Part shown: piece after piece, positions 9,617 to 21,399 of the stretch
How the letters are laid out: each line of letters begins with the position of its first letter
How positions within the stretch are numbered: the stretch's first letter is position 1
Source: Histomonas meleagridis 2922-C6/04-290x
Lineage: Eukaryota; Protista; Parabasalia
Assembly: GCA_020184695.1 (NCBI GenBank)
Contig: JAANOX010000248.1
Span: 62,001-126,000 of the forward strand
Direction: 5' to 3'
DNA: 64,000 nt
The notes under the pieces: generated by a model
Databases searched by the model: none
Seen by the model: only the letters and a program-made list of their open reading frames with translations
What the model was told of the DNA's origin: nothing
Made by a program: the position numbers and the translations under genes

Positions 9617-12600
9617 ATGGATGATTTCTTGGAGTTACCAACTGCTGCTTCAGTTAATGATCCAAATCCACAAAAATATAAATATAAGAACTGGTTAACA
9701 GGCGCGGAGTTGCTTACTTTTGCAAGCTTTAACTTGAAACAGCCTATTGAAATTTCAAATGTAATGAAATATGTTGATCAAGATGGAAATGTACACAACA
9801 TTAAGCCATCTAAAACTCTGAAGGAACAAGGAATTCGTACAGGTATGAAAATATTTATTGCATCAAACAACGAAAAAGAAGGATCTCCACAAGAATCTGA
9901 TTCCCAGCCAACATCTGATTCATTGCAAATAACAGATTCTGCTCTTCAAGAATTCCCAGATTTATTTTTACCTGAGGATAATTCACAATATTTACCAAAA
10001 ATCCCGCAACTAAGTATTGCTAACTCAGCTGTAGAATATGGCGGTGTTAGTGCTTCAGATCTTGTTGACAATTTTTATCTTCAAGATTCTAGTTCAGATA
10101 CTGATTCAATCATTACAATTTTAACATATAATGGATTTTCCGAAAATGCAAATCCAGAATGTTCATATCTTATGAACTATTCATATAACGACGTTTTGTT
10201 TACGGCTCTTAAATTTTTATCAATTGTTCCTGATGGGAAGTATTCACTTCTTCTTTGTTTTTCTGATACATATAAGCGCTGGCTTGAACCAGGGCATTAT
10301 TTAGAAGAATATAATCCATATGACCAAATGAAGTTGCGAATTTTCCGTAGCGAAATTGCAATCAAAATATTTTCAAATCATTTTCAAAAACGCGTTTTCA
10401 TTTTAAACATCGAGAAAACAGTTTCAGAATTAATCCACGATATATGTTTACATGCTAAATTACCATTTTCTGTAGGTTATTCATTATGTGTAAATGATGA
10501 AAGCAAAAAAATGTTAAATCCAAATTTACCATTACCAATGCAACTTCACCAAATCAAAGAACTCTTTTTAGTTCGTCGTTACTTTATATTTTGTAAATCT
10601 GATTTTTCAGGCATTCATTCAATGTTTATAATGTATACTGATTCTAAAAACCATTATTTAAATACAAAAATTCCATTAAATCAAAACGAAATTATAACTT
10701 TAGCTGGACTTTCACTTATTGCTGAAAAACTTACTGAAAATTTACCGGAAGATTTTACACATTTTATACCATCATATATAAATATTACAAATGATATTAA
10801 TGATGGAATTAAAGAGTTTTTAAATACTAATAAAAGTTTAAGTCATATTAATGCAATGAAAAGATATGTTGGAATTGTAACAAATGTTTCTGGATTTGAT
10901 GATATTGTTTATAATGATTGTAAGAAGAAAAAAGATACAAATAAATTAATACAAGTAATTCTAAAGAAAAAACAAATAATTATTAAAAAATTAAATAAGA
11001 AAGAAAAAATGAAAGAAATTTTATATACTAAAATGATTGATATAATTGGAAATAAGAACAAAGTTAAAATTAATTATCAAAATAAAGAAAATAAGATCAA
11101 AGTTTATACAATTCGTACAAATGACGCAGATGATTTATTAATTGATATTAATGAAATTAAAAGAATGCAAAACCAACTATGGATTGAAGAATCATCAGTT
11201 TCTACAACTGAAGATGAAAAATTAATTGAATTATATACATCAGAATCATTTGATAATAATGAACCAAATAAGTTTTCATATAAAGCTTCACTTACAGGTG
11301 AACAATTAATTCAAACAGCAATTAGTAATCTTGGATTAAAAGCAGACATCGAATATTGTATTTTACTTCAGCCTTCAAAAGAATCAAATGAAAGAAGAAA
11401 ATGGATACAAAATGAAGAAAAACTTGAAGAACAACAAATCGATAATGGAATGATAATTTATGTAATTCCAAAACTTCAATTAATTAGAATTCATTTATCA
11501 GATTCATCAGTTAAAGGAATTATGTTTGATATAACAAAAAATGTTTTAGTTTTAGTGAAACAAACATTTCAAAAAATCCGAGTTACTGAAGTCGAAGGTT
11601 ATACATTCTTTATATCAAACAATGATAAAAACATCCCAATGGATTTAAATAAATCACTTCCAGAACAAACAAATGAATTTCATGATGTATTATTTAAACG
11701 ACGTTTCTTTATTTTAACACAAGCGAATTTAATGAATCAACAAATAGTTAGACAAACATATTATGATGTTAAAAATTACATATTAAATGAAGAAACTGAT
11801 TTAACAAAAGAACAAATGTTTGAACTTGCAACACTTTCATTATATGGGGAAACATCTAATAAAGAAGTAGAATTTAAACAAATATTATCAAATGTTAAAT
11901 ATGATCAAATATTTCCAAAGAACCAACAAATAACTCCTACTTTGCAAACACAATTTAATGAATATGCATTAAAATATCCGAAAATTGATGAAGAATCAGC
12001 ATTACGTAAATATATGAGAATCGCAAGGAAACTTCCAAGATTTGGAGCAGAAACATTTGATATTATTTATAAAGAAATAGTTCAATCTAAGTTCAAAAGG
12101 AAGTCACAATTTATAGAAGGAAAGTTTTTAATTTGTCCATTTGGTGTTGTACTTATAGAAAATCCAAATAAAGAAATATTTAATACAGGATATAGTAATA
12201 TAATTAGTTATTCATATAATTCCGAAAAAATCATTTTGTCAATTCGAAATGATAAGAAAAATTCCACATATCAAATTAGATCAAAAGAATTACAAATATT
12301 AATTCAATTTTTAATCGATAATATTACATTACTTAAAAAATTAATTGTTGAACATCAAAGATTAGAAAATCAAAAAAGAGAAGCAATAATTCAACGATTA
12401 AATGGTACATGGGTTGATGATACAGGTAAAAGACGTGATCCGATGATAGATGTTAAATTAAGTACAGATTTAAGAGTTACTAAGAATTTAACTATTCTTT
12501 GGTTTGAAGTACATTTAACGAAACAAGAATTACTTCAACTATTATTACCTGCTATTCATTTAAGTCCAGATAAAGAATATGCTATTCTTGCACAATTTGG

Positions 12601-15600
12601 CGAACGATTTAAATTCTTAAAAAATGATCAAAAAATTGAATCGCTTAAATTGATTCGTCAATCAATCTTCTTTTTATTAGAAGCAAATCCAATTATTAAA
12701 ATGAATAATTATTGTTTAGAATGTAAAAAATCTTTATCACTTAGATTACCAATTGAATCAGCAATTAAATATTTAGTTCCAATAATAGCAAAGAAGTTTT
12801 ATATTACAAATTATTATGGTTATTCTATATTTCATGAAATAGATAATAATTGTATTCCATTTAGACATGCTAAAACACTTCCAGAACAAATTCAAACATT
12901 TAATGATTTATTATTTAAACGAAGATTCTTTATTATAACTAAAGAAGATTTCGAAAATGAAAGAGCTTTGTCTACTACATATTTTGATATTTTTCAACAT
13001 CTTAAAACAGGCATTATTGAAATTCCTAAAAATGATCTTATTGAATTAATTATATGTTCATTAATTATAACAGATGAAAATATATTAAAAAATAATGAAA
13101 TATCAGTTGATATACAAAATTTAGTACCAAATGGTATCAATTTAGGTTTTACAAAACTTTCTAAAATTAAAAAATTATTAAAATCAAGTAAAATTAAATC
13201 ACAAGATCAAGCAATGCATAGATATATAGCTATAAGTCGTTCATTAATTACTTTTGGTTGTGAAAAATATGAAGCAACATTAATGAACAATGATCAATCA
13301 GTTCAACCTGTTAATATATTTATAGGACCAAATGAAACATTTATCCAAAGTACTAATGGTAAATTCCTTAATATTATACCTCACGATCATTTTATTAATG
13401 TTTCTACAATATATCAAAGAGTTTCAATTCGTTATATATCAGATAATCCTGAAATTAAAAAGTCATGTTATATTGATTTAGAATGTTCACAAAGTAAACT
13501 CTTTGTTGATTTCTATAAAACTTATATTTCTTTAGCAGATGAAACTTTAATTCGTACCGAAAATAAAAATATGAAAGATTTCGATAGTTCATCTAGAATT
13601 GAATTATTTGCTGAACATAGATATGATGGAAATCGAACAAAAGTTATATTATCTAAATATGATAAAGGTGATGATATAATTAAAATGATAACAAATAAAT
13701 TAAATTGTAATAATGAATGTGATAATGCAATATTATTAGAATATACATCAGATTATAAGCGTTGGTTAGAACCAACAAAAATGATTGGTTTAATGCATCC
13801 ATATCAAAATATGCATTTACATTTATTTGAGAAATATATTATATTTCAAGTAATTTCACCAAATTCATTCCAACGAAATATTATTTTAGATATAACAAAG
13901 AAAGTAAAAGATTTAATTGCTGAAATTGCTGATCTACTTTATGTAGATGTTTATATTGGCTATACTTTATTTGTTAAAACTGAACAAAATAAATTAATTC
14001 CACTTGATTTAGAATATAGTATTGGAGAACAAATTTATAAATTTGAAACATTAGTATTTAGACGTCGTTTTTATAATATTACAAAACTTGATTTAAATGG
14101 GCCATATATTGAGCAAATATTCCATGATTTTTATGAAAAGGTTATGAATGGAGGACTTACTCTTACTGATAAACAAGCATTTGAACATGTTCATAGTTCA
14201 TTATATGCTAATAATTTATCACAATTAGAAGTTAAAAATGGAGATTTACCAAAAGATATAACATATTTATTACCTAAAGATTATGTTCCAAAAGAAAACT
14301 TTAGAACTGTTTTAACATTATTAAAATCAAGTAATTCATTATCAACTAATTTAGCAATGATTAATAATATTGTTAATGCACAATCTATCATAGATTTTGG
14401 ATGTGAAAAATTTGATGCAATTTTAGTTCAACCAAAGGATTCACAAAAAAGAGAAATAATACTTTCAATTGGGCCAAGAGGTTTACGTTTTATTTCTAAA
14501 ATAACAAATAAAGAACTTACGAAATTTGGTTTTTCATATATTCATAGATTTAAGTTAATGAATGATCATATATTAATACAAACGCCTCATGTTAAAGAAG
14601 GAAAAATTGTTGATTTATTAATCATTTCTAAATATTCTGGAAATATATATAATTTAATTAATTCATATTTAAATGTTATAATGCCTTTAATTAAAGAACG
14701 TGAAACATTACAAAAACAAGAAATAACTGAGAAAAAGTCTAAAGATACAATTACACTTGATATTTCTCGAATATTTAAACATCCAAACCCATGTTCACAT
14801 GAGTTTAATCTTCAAAGCACAGCTTCAACAGTAATTAAAAATCTTTCACCTTTATTTGCATTCCAAATTGATAAATATTTATCTTTACTTTATCGTGATC
14901 TAAAATTGAATTTAACATGGATAAATAAGAAATCTTTAATAGAACAAATTAATCCAACTGAAGGAGGAAAATTATATTTAATTTCATATTATCCTAAAGT
15001 TAAAGTAATTAATCAAGTAAATAAAGTACGTGAAATTTCACTTAATCTTAAAGAAAAAACATTAACAAATGTTAAATCAATTTCAAAACATTTTGGTTTA
15101 ATGTTTCATGAAGGTATTACTTTATATCCTTTATATGGAGAACATAAAGCACCAATGTCATTAGAAAATGATTTAATTGATCAAACTCAATTTTATCAAC
15201 AATTATTATTTAAACGAAGGTTTTATATATTTCCAAATTTAATATTCGATGATTATAATTCATTAAAGTCAATTTATGAAGATTGTAAATTAATGATTTA
15301 TTCTGGAATGTTTGATGTACCTGAAAATGTAGCATTAGAACTTGCAGTATATCAATTATATGCAAATGATTCTGTTTCATTTCCAAAGTCATTATTTGAT
15401 GATTTAACACCACTTTTACCTAAAAATATTAAATCAACACCAGAATTAACACAAAAGTTCATGAAAAAATGTTGTTCTATAATACCAATGAATAATAAAA
15501 GAGCACAAGCACATTATATTGCAACTGTTGTTAAATTAAATGGTTATGGTCGTGAGTTACATAAATGTAAATTCACGAATTTATCACAAGAAAATTTAAG

Positions 15601-18379
15601 ATCAGATCGAACTACTAATTTATATTTAGGACCATTTGATATTTTTATTGGTGATTCATTAACTAAAACAGAATATACCAAATTTGGTTATCAAGATATT
15701 ATATCATATTATTCTGAAGCAAATAATGTCTTCTTTGAATATTATGATGAAAATAAAAATATTGTTAAAATTAGACTTGAAGTTGATTATCCTAATGAAG
15801 TAATTTCTTATGTAAAACAAATGCTTGAATATTTATCATTAATTAATTATTTAATAACACCTGAAATGATCATTGAAAGATTAATTGGATTAAATTATGA
15901 TAGTACAATAATACAATTCAAAGATTATGATATAAATATATCATATGATTTCGATGATATTGATAAACTTCATTATTCAGATTTTGAAGAAATTGATTTT
16001 ACTAAAGAAGATGAATGTATATATAATATCCCTTCAATTGATGATGAAGAAATTCTTAAATCTAAAGCACCAGTACAAATTTATGGTTCGACATTAAATA
16101 CTATTAATGATGATTATTTATGGCGTAATTCTAAAGAAGGACTTTTATATACAAGAGCTAATAGATTTCTTGATATCTTCGAAGTTAATTTATTATATTT
16201 AAGAGATAATTTCGATGCAATTAAATTCGATGAATTTATTTATAAAAGTAATTTCTCACAAAAATTACTTGATCGAATTGAAGAAATGAATTTAACAGAT
16301 GAAGAAAAAGTTAAAATTATAAAAACAAAAGAATTAGTACAAAAAATTATTCAAAAATCAAAGACATTAAATAGTGATAATGAAACTGATATGTTTTTAT
16401 ACAAAGATATGTTTTCTGATATGTTTAATCCACCAATTAAACAAGTTGAACCAATTCGACAATTATTAGGTAAAGATAAAGAATTCCTTCAAAGAAATCA
16501 AACTAAAATTATTGCAACACAATATTATGTTGAAACGATTGTTAAAAGTTTAATTGATATCTCTGAAGGACTTGAAGCATTAGGTTGTAGTTTAATAAAT
16601 ATTGACTTCCAATCTAAAAAAGATCCAACAAAATCAATTGAAGCACTTTTAGATACATCCGAAATATTGACAACTTATGCATTATTGTTTTCTCAATCAG
16701 GTAATCCTAAGTTATTACCACAAATGTTAAAAGGACTTTATAGAACATTATCATTAACGAAACATATTAATGATGAATATAACGATAATAATTATAATGA
16801 AATTTATATACCACTTGTTGATTATATTAAATATACAATTGATTTAATTCTTAAAGCAATTGATTATGAAATGAAACATTTATTATATCGTGGTGATAAA
16901 AATGCATTTATTGCTTCTGTTACTTCATTAGGTGAATTACAAAGTATTTTTGAAAAATTAACAACAAATGAAAAAATTAAACAAATTTGTGAAGATATTA
17001 ATAATGTTAAAAATTTGTTATCTGAAAGATATTCAATAATTACAAGAGATACTTCAACAAGTGAACTTTATACACGCACAATGTTTGAAATACAAAAAGT
17101 TGAATTATTAATAAATGAATCAATTGAATCACATGATATAAATGAAATTGATGATGAAAATTACGCAAAAATTAAAAACATAATAAATTATTTGAATTTA
17201 TCTATTTCCGCAATTTCTGCTTTAAATATTATACCAGATAAAGCAAATAAAGTAAATGAAGATATAAATGATTTGGTTAAATTAATTGATCAACAAAAAC
17301 TTAATGAAAATGATTCAATAAAAGAACTTCGAAATATTTCTAATGAAATTAATAAATCAAGTAATGATTTTAATAAATATCCAATAAATTATGAAAATGT
17401 TCGATCTCATCAACACTTATACTTAAAGCTTTTCGGATTATTACCAAAACTTACAAATGATAAAACATTTACTAAAATTAATGAAATCCAAAAAGAATTA
17501 AATTCAATTTTACGCGAAAAACATCCAAAAGAAGATATTCATTTATATCCACATATTGGTGCATTTATTCAAGCACAAATCGATACTGGAATATTTGCAA
17601 ATGCAAGCAACTTTGTTAATTCATATGAAAAACAAAAATCACTTGAAGAAGCGAATAATATTTCAACAAATTCATATATCAAAATGGTTTCAATTCGTGA
17701 AAAATTATTTGAAAATCCATTTGATATCGAAGCAATTAAAAATGCATTAGAAACATTACATAAAGTTAAAGAAGCAATTTGTATATCAAAAGATTATTTA
17801 AATAATATTGTATCAATTCCATTATTTGTTCAATATGAAAATCACATTAATGCACTTACAAAAAGTTCAGAAATTGCAATTATCGAATTACAAAAATTAC
17901 TTTTGGATAATCCTATCGATAAATTTATTTATTATATTAACGAAATGATGAATAAACTAAAGAATTTAAGAGAAAATGAAAATGCTTTCGAAAAAGAAAT
18001 TAACGAATATGAAAAACAAAAACAATTAACAATCGCAAAAAACGCAGATTCAGTTGATCAAATTATTCCATTTGTACAATGCGTTTATGATATGGATAAC
18101 GATTTGATGAATTTAGATGACATTAAACAAGTGAAAACTAAAAAAGAATTTGTCGATTTCTTTGATGAAATGCAAAACTATCTTAGAGAACTGTTACAGA
18201 AGAAAGATAAAAGTAATGATGAAGATGTCGAAGTCATTTCAAGAGATATATCACTCGATCTCTCTGATGACGAAGAAGAGAAAATCTATTACTCGAAGTG
18301 TAATGAACTTATGTTGGCTATTAATATACTGATTTTTGGATTCTTTGTAATATTTTTGATCTCCAGATTAAGACAATAA
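9617..18379 (+). CDS. Giant protein with five tandem talin-head-like FERM modules, a helical rod and a C-terminal transmembrane helix
   Basis: L(L/V)F(K/R)RRF(F/Y)I-type motif recurs about every 380-400 aa (near 10560, 11690, 12910, 14050, 15205). Talin-like KRWLEP motifs and FG.E segments are present. Hydrophobic tail LMLAINILIFGFFVIFLISRLRQ. Likely start is ATG 9617 (ORF is open from 9515). Confidence 0.75.
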   Translation: MDDFLELPTAASVNDPNPQKYKYKNWLTGAELLTFASFNLKQPIEISNVMKYVDQDGNVHNIKPSKTLKEQGIRTGMKIFIASNNEKEGSPQESDSQPTSDSLQITDSALQEFPDLFLPEDNSQYLPKIPQLSIANSAVEYGGVSASDLVDNFYLQDSSSDTDSIITILTYNGFSENANPECSYLMNYSYNDVLFTALKFLSIVPDGKYSLLLCFSDTYKRWLEPGHYLEEYNPYDQMKLRIFRSEIAIKIFSNHFQKRVFILNIEKTVSELIHDICLHAKLPFSVGYSLCVNDESKKMLNPNLPLPMQLHQIKELFLVRRYFIFCKSDFSGIHSMFIMYTDSKNHYLNTKIPLNQNEIITLAGLSLIAEKLTENLPEDFTHFIPSYINITNDINDGIKEFLNTNKSLSHINAMKRYVGIVTNVSGFDDIVYNDCKKKKDTNKLIQVILKKKQIIIKKLNKKEKMKEILYTKMIDIIGNKNKVKINYQNKENKIKVYTIRTNDADDLLIDINEIKRMQNQLWIEESSVSTTEDEKLIELYTSESFDNNEPNKFSYKASLTGEQLIQTAISNLGLKADIEYCILLQPSKESNERRKWIQNEEKLEEQQIDNGMIIYVIPKLQLIRIHLSDSSVKGIMFDITKNVLVLVKQTFQKIRVTEVEGYTFFISNNDKNIPMDLNKSLPEQTNEFHDVLFKRRFFILTQANLMNQQIVRQTYYDVKNYILNEETDLTKEQMFELATLSLYGETSNKEVEFKQILSNVKYDQIFPKNQQITPTLQTQFNEYALKYPKIDEESALRKYMRIARKLPRFGAETFDIIYKEIVQSKFKRKSQFIEGKFLICPFGVVLIENPNKEIFNTGYSNIISYSYNSEKIILSIRNDKKNSTYQIRSKELQILIQFLIDNITLLKKLIVEHQRLENQKREAIIQRLNGTWVDDTGKRRDPMIDVKLSTDLRVTKNLTILWFEVHLTKQELLQLLLPAIHLSPDKEYAILAQFGERFKFLKNDQKIESLKLIRQSIFFLLEANPIIKMNNYCLECKKSLSLRLPIESAIKYLVPIIAKKFYITNYYGYSIFHEIDNNCIPFRHAKTLPEQIQTFNDLLFKRRFFIITKEDFENERALSTTYFDIFQHLKTGIIEIPKNDLIELIICSLIITDENILKNNEISVDIQNLVPNGINLGFTKLSKIKKLLKSSKIKSQDQAMHRYIAISRSLITFGCEKYEATLMNNDQSVQPVNIFIGPNETFIQSTNGKFLNIIPHDHFINVSTIYQRVSIRYISDNPEIKKSCYIDLECSQSKLFVDFYKTYISLADETLIRTENKNMKDFDSSSRIELFAEHRYDGNRTKVILSKYDKGDDIIKMITNKLNCNNECDNAILLEYTSDYKRWLEPTKMIGLMHPYQNMHLHLFEKYIIFQVISPNSFQRNIILDITKKVKDLIAEIADLLYVDVYIGYTLFVKTEQNKLIPLDLEYSIGEQIYKFETLVFRRRFYNITKLDLNGPYIEQIFHDFYEKVMNGGLTLTDKQAFEHVHSSLYANNLSQLEVKNGDLPKDITYLLPKDYVPKENFRTVLTLLKSSNSLSTNLAMINNIVNAQSIIDFGCEKFDAILVQPKDSQKREIILSIGPRGLRFISKITNKELTKFGFSYIHRFKLMNDHILIQTPHVKEGKIVDLLIISKYSGNIYNLINSYLNVIMPLIKERETLQKQEITEKKSKDTITLDISRIFKHPNPCSHEFNLQSTASTVIKNLSPLFAFQIDKYLSLLYRDLKLNLTWINKKSLIEQINPTEGGKLYLISYYPKVKVINQVNKVREISLNLKEKTLTNVKSISKHFGLMFHEGITLYPLYGEHKAPMSLENDLIDQTQFYQQLLFKRRFYIFPNLIFDDYNSLKSIYEDCKLMIYSGMFDVPENVALELAVYQLYANDSVSFPKSLFDDLTPLLPKNIKSTPELTQKFMKKCCSIIPMNNKRAQAHYIATVVKLNGYGRELHKCKFTNLSQENLRSDRTTNLYLGPFDIFIGDSLTKTEYTKFGYQDIISYYSEANNVFFEYYDENKNIVKIRLEVDYPNEVISYVKQMLEYLSLINYLITPEMIIERLIGLNYDSTIIQFKDYDINISYDFDDIDKLHYSDFEEIDFTKEDECIYNIPSIDDEEILKSKAPVQIYGSTLNTINDDYLWRNSKEGLLYTRANRFLDIFEVNLLYLRDNFDAIKFDEFIYKSNFSQKLLDRIEEMNLTDEEKVKIIKTKELVQKIIQKSKTLNSDNETDMFLYKDMFSDMFNPPIKQVEPIRQLLGKDKEFLQRNQTKIIATQYYVETIVKSLIDISEGLEALGCSLINIDFQSKKDPTKSIEALLDTSEILTTYALLFSQSGNPKLLPQMLKGLYRTLSLTKHINDEYNDNNYNEIYIPLVDYIKYTIDLILKAIDYEMKHLLYRGDKNAFIASVTSLGELQSIFEKLTTNEKIKQICEDINNVKNLLSERYSIITRDTSTSELYTRTMFEIQKVELLINESIESHDINEIDDENYAKIKNIINYLNLSISAISALNIIPDKANKVNEDINDLVKLIDQQKLNENDSIKELRNISNEINKSSNDFNKYPINYENVRSHQHLYLKLFGLLPKLTNDKTFTKINEIQKELNSILREKHPKEDIHLYPHIGAFIQAQIDTGIFANASNFVNSYEKQKSLEEANNISTNSYIKMVSIREKLFENPFDIEAIKNALETLHKVKEAICISKDYLNNIVSIPLFVQYENHINALTKSSEIAIIELQKLLLDNPIDKFIYYINEMMNKLKNLRENENAFEKEINEYEKQKQLTIAKNADSVDQIIPFVQCVYDMDNDLMNLDDIKQVKTKKEFVDFFDEMQNYLRELLQKKDKSNDEDVEVISRDISLDLSDDEEEKIYYSKCNELMLAINILIFGFFVIFLISRLRQ

Positions 18380-18546
18380 ACATTAATTCGATAATATTTT
18401 CTTAATTTAAACAATATTTAGTGAACTTGGATTTATTTCATCTAATGATATAACTTTTCAAACCTTTTTCATTATGTTTTTAAACAAAATGAGATTTAAC
18501 TTTAATATAATTTTCCTCGAGATTTATTTATTCGTTTAGATTTCTG

Positions 18547-18904
18547 TTACTATTGGATCAGTTTCCACTGCGTCGAACTCTGTTCCCACGCACTCCATTA
18601 TCTCCTCAATCAGATTTTCATTCCTCAGTGCAACAGACTTCACCAGTATCTCCTCGAGACTTTGCAAACATTTTTCATTTTGTTTAAACAACATAATAAA
18701 AGATTTAACTTTAATATTATTTTCCTCAAAAACAAAAACATTTTATCCTCAAATTTAATTTATTCGTTAAGTTTTCTAAATGTTATTACTATTGGATCAG
18801 TTTCCACTGCGTCGAACTCCGTTCCCACGCACTCCATTATCTCCTCAATCAGGTTTTCATTCCTCAGTGCAACAGACTTCACCAGTATCTCCTCGAGACT
18901 TTGC
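18547..18904. repeat. 119-bp direct duplication of the 3' coding end of the LRR gene
   Basis: 18547-18665 matches 18786-18904 with 2 mismatches. Flanking similarity continues (18492-18517 vs 18701-18726). Confidence 0.92.
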
Positions 18905-20955
18905 TCTCCTTCAGCGTTCTCGTTACTGTTCTCTATTCGATTACAAGTGTTCCTCAATGTGTTAATACTTGTCAGCTCTTCGATCGAATCCTTTTCCGCA
19001 TCGCCATCGAATTCCTCAGCTACGAATTTGTTGTTGCCGAACTTCTTCAAGAACTTCTCTTTCAGCATTTGCACTTCGTTACTTCTTTCGGGCGCAAATC
19101 TGATCACTCGTTTCATGTCTTCTTTTGGCCAATGTGCGAATTCGACGTTTTTATTTTCGATTATTTTATTTAATAACTCTTTTAATGTTTCGTAATCACT
19201 TCCGGTGTTATCAAACGATATCGCAATGATGTTACACTCGCTTAATATCTCGTCCAATGCTTTAACTCCTTCGTTTCCAAGTCGTTGGCCAATTAAATCA
19301 ATTCCTTTAAGAAGTTTTTGCTCCTTAAATTGATTTAATATAGGAATAAGTTCATCCTGCTTAAAGTAAAATTCGTCGTTTGATCGCATTACGAAACGTT
19401 CGAGTTTCAAATTGTTTAATGTGTTTTGTAATTTGTTGATTAAATATTTGTTGCTCGATGTAATGCTATCTGATAAACATAAGTCGGAAATATTAATTTG
19501 GTTCTTTAAAAAGTCAAAGAATTGGAAATAATTTTCGTCGTTAATAGAATTGGATGACCATGAGAAAGATTCAAGTCGACGAATTTTGATCAAAAGAATT
19601 TGCTCATAGAAACTGGTGAAGCTGTTGGATCGAATACGTAAGTTGTTTAGAACGAGTTTTTTGGGCTGCGCTTCACTTTGGGATATAATTGTGAAAAATG
19701 ATAATAATGATTCAGTAGTAACTGAGCAGCCACTGAGGTCAATGAATGAGATCTCTTGGAAGGTCTTGATAACAGGAGCCGTAATTGGGGTAAGAAAATT
19801 GCAATTTGTTATTGATAACTTATGAAGACCATTTGGGAAAAGTGTGATGACTGGAAGAATAGAACTGACTTCGACATCGCATGAATCGATTGAAAGTTTA
19901 TGAAGTGTTTTGTTACGTAAAATATTGTCGCTTCCCATTAACTGATTTAATAATACTTGAAGTAACTCTATGCCTTTGATGTTGTCAAGAGATAACTCTT
20001 CGAGGTAAGTAAAGCATGGAGTCTCAAATAGTAAGCTAAAAAGATGTTTTAAATTAGCTTCATTAATACTACAAAAACTTATTGAGAGCTTCTTAATATG
20101 ACCTTTATATTGAGAAAGACTGTGAGTAAAGATTTTGAAGTCGGAATGTAATAAATCACATTTCTTAAAAAGAAGTTCAGTTGTAAAAGTGTTGTTCTCA
20201 TTGAAAAAAGTGACATTTTTAGGTAAAGAGAAAAAAGTGTCACAAATAAAGCCAAATTTTTGGATGCAGTTAGAATTAGATAGAGCATTCTGAAATATGC
20301 GAATAAATGTGGAAATGCTTGTACGAACTATGTTGAGTGTGATAGGTGAATGTTCCATGCATACAGATGTATCAAGAAAATTAATAATCGGCCAGTTAAG
20401 TACATCAGGAGTAACATAAATGTTTCCTTTGGAATTTATCGTTTTATTATAAAAATCAGATAATTGATAAATTAAATCATCTGTGATTTCATGCAAACTA
20501 AGTGATAAAAATCTATCTACTAGGGTGGACTTTGATTCGTAAGCAAAGCTTGTGTTGGCAACGACCTGTTGAAATTCAGAAGATGTTTTTAATGGAATGT
20601 CAGAAAAAAGAGTACTGCAAATTTGTGAAGCTGCCTTTACTATGTATGCTGGGTTAGGGTGAGAAAATTCAATTTTGCTTGATTCTGTTTCAAATAAAAC
20701 TAAATTATTTTCTTCAACCGAAATAGAAAGAAGTTCCTTATATGAAAAGTATTTAGAACAGAGCATATCAGCAGGAAAGTTTCTTTTGACTACGAAAAAG
20801 ATTCCAACGGAAGTTATTAATATAAAATGAGTTTCTTTTTCTTCACTTGTTTCTTGAGTTTGAATTTGATCAACGAATACAACCTGAACTTCAGGTATTT
20901 GAATAATTGGATGAATACTCTTAAGCTTTTCCCTTGAAGGCTGCTCTGTTTTCAT
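18760..20955 (-). CDS. CARMIL-like PH plus leucine-rich-repeat protein
   Basis: N-terminal PH-like segment followed by RI-like LRRs (LEELSLDNI, LHKLSITNCN, LKGIDLIGQRLGNEGVKAL). Likely start is ATG 20955. Confidence 0.6.
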   Translation of the reverse strand: MKTEQPSREKLKSIHPIIQIPEVQVVFVDQIQTQETSEEKETHFILITSVGIFFVVKRNFPADMLCSKYFSYKELLSISVEENNLVLFETESSKIEFSHPNPAYIVKAASQICSTLFSDIPLKTSSEFQQVVANTSFAYESKSTLVDRFLSLSLHEITDDLIYQLSDFYNKTINSKGNIYVTPDVLNWPIINFLDTSVCMEHSPITLNIVRTSISTFIRIFQNALSNSNCIQKFGFICDTFFSLPKNVTFFNENNTFTTELLFKKCDLLHSDFKIFTHSLSQYKGHIKKLSISFCSINEANLKHLFSLLFETPCFTYLEELSLDNIKGIELLQVLLNQLMGSDNILRNKTLHKLSIDSCDVEVSSILPVITLFPNGLHKLSITNCNFLTPITAPVIKTFQEISFIDLSGCSVTTESLLSFFTIISQSEAQPKKLVLNNLRIRSNSFTSFYEQILLIKIRRLESFSWSSNSINDENYFQFFDFLKNQINISDLCLSDSITSSNKYLINKLQNTLNNLKLERFVMRSNDEFYFKQDELIPILNQFKEQKLLKGIDLIGQRLGNEGVKALDEILSECNIIAISFDNTGSDYETLKELLNKIIENKNVEFAHWPKEDMKRVIRFAPERSNEVQMLKEKFLKKFGNNKFVAEEFDGDAEKDSIEELTSINTLRNTCNRIENSNENAEGEQSLEEILVKSVALRNENLIEEIMECVGTEFDAVETDPIVITFRKLNE

Positions 20956-21399
20956 AAATCGAGGAACTTTTTGTGGAAGATATTTATTTGAAAACTGCGT
21001 ATAGAAAAGTGTCAAAAATCAATAACAAGCTGAAATTTTGATCAAGTAATTTCAAATAATAAATAATAAAAAATTGGTTAACATCATTTTATGAAGTATT
21101 TAATGATTTTAATTGGTCTGAAATAAGGAAAAAAAAAAAAAAAAAATTGATTGTTTACGATTGAAATGAGAGGGTATATGAAATAAAAGCACGCTAAAGA
21201 ATAACTTGTATCTTAATATTTTAATCTCAGATCTTACATGAGTATAATCAAAATTGGTGTACAAATTTGCATAATTTTTAACCCGCTGTCAATTTTTTAG
21301 TAATTTTAGTAATTTTTTGAATATTCAAAAAGTTATCTGTCATGGCATTTTTTTCATTCTCTTCTCACTAACAAATGGTAATATTATGAAAGAATTTTT

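Noticed and set aside
21129-21146. Poly(A) run as a retroposon tail
   Set aside because: No associated element or target-site duplication seen, and homopolymers are common here.
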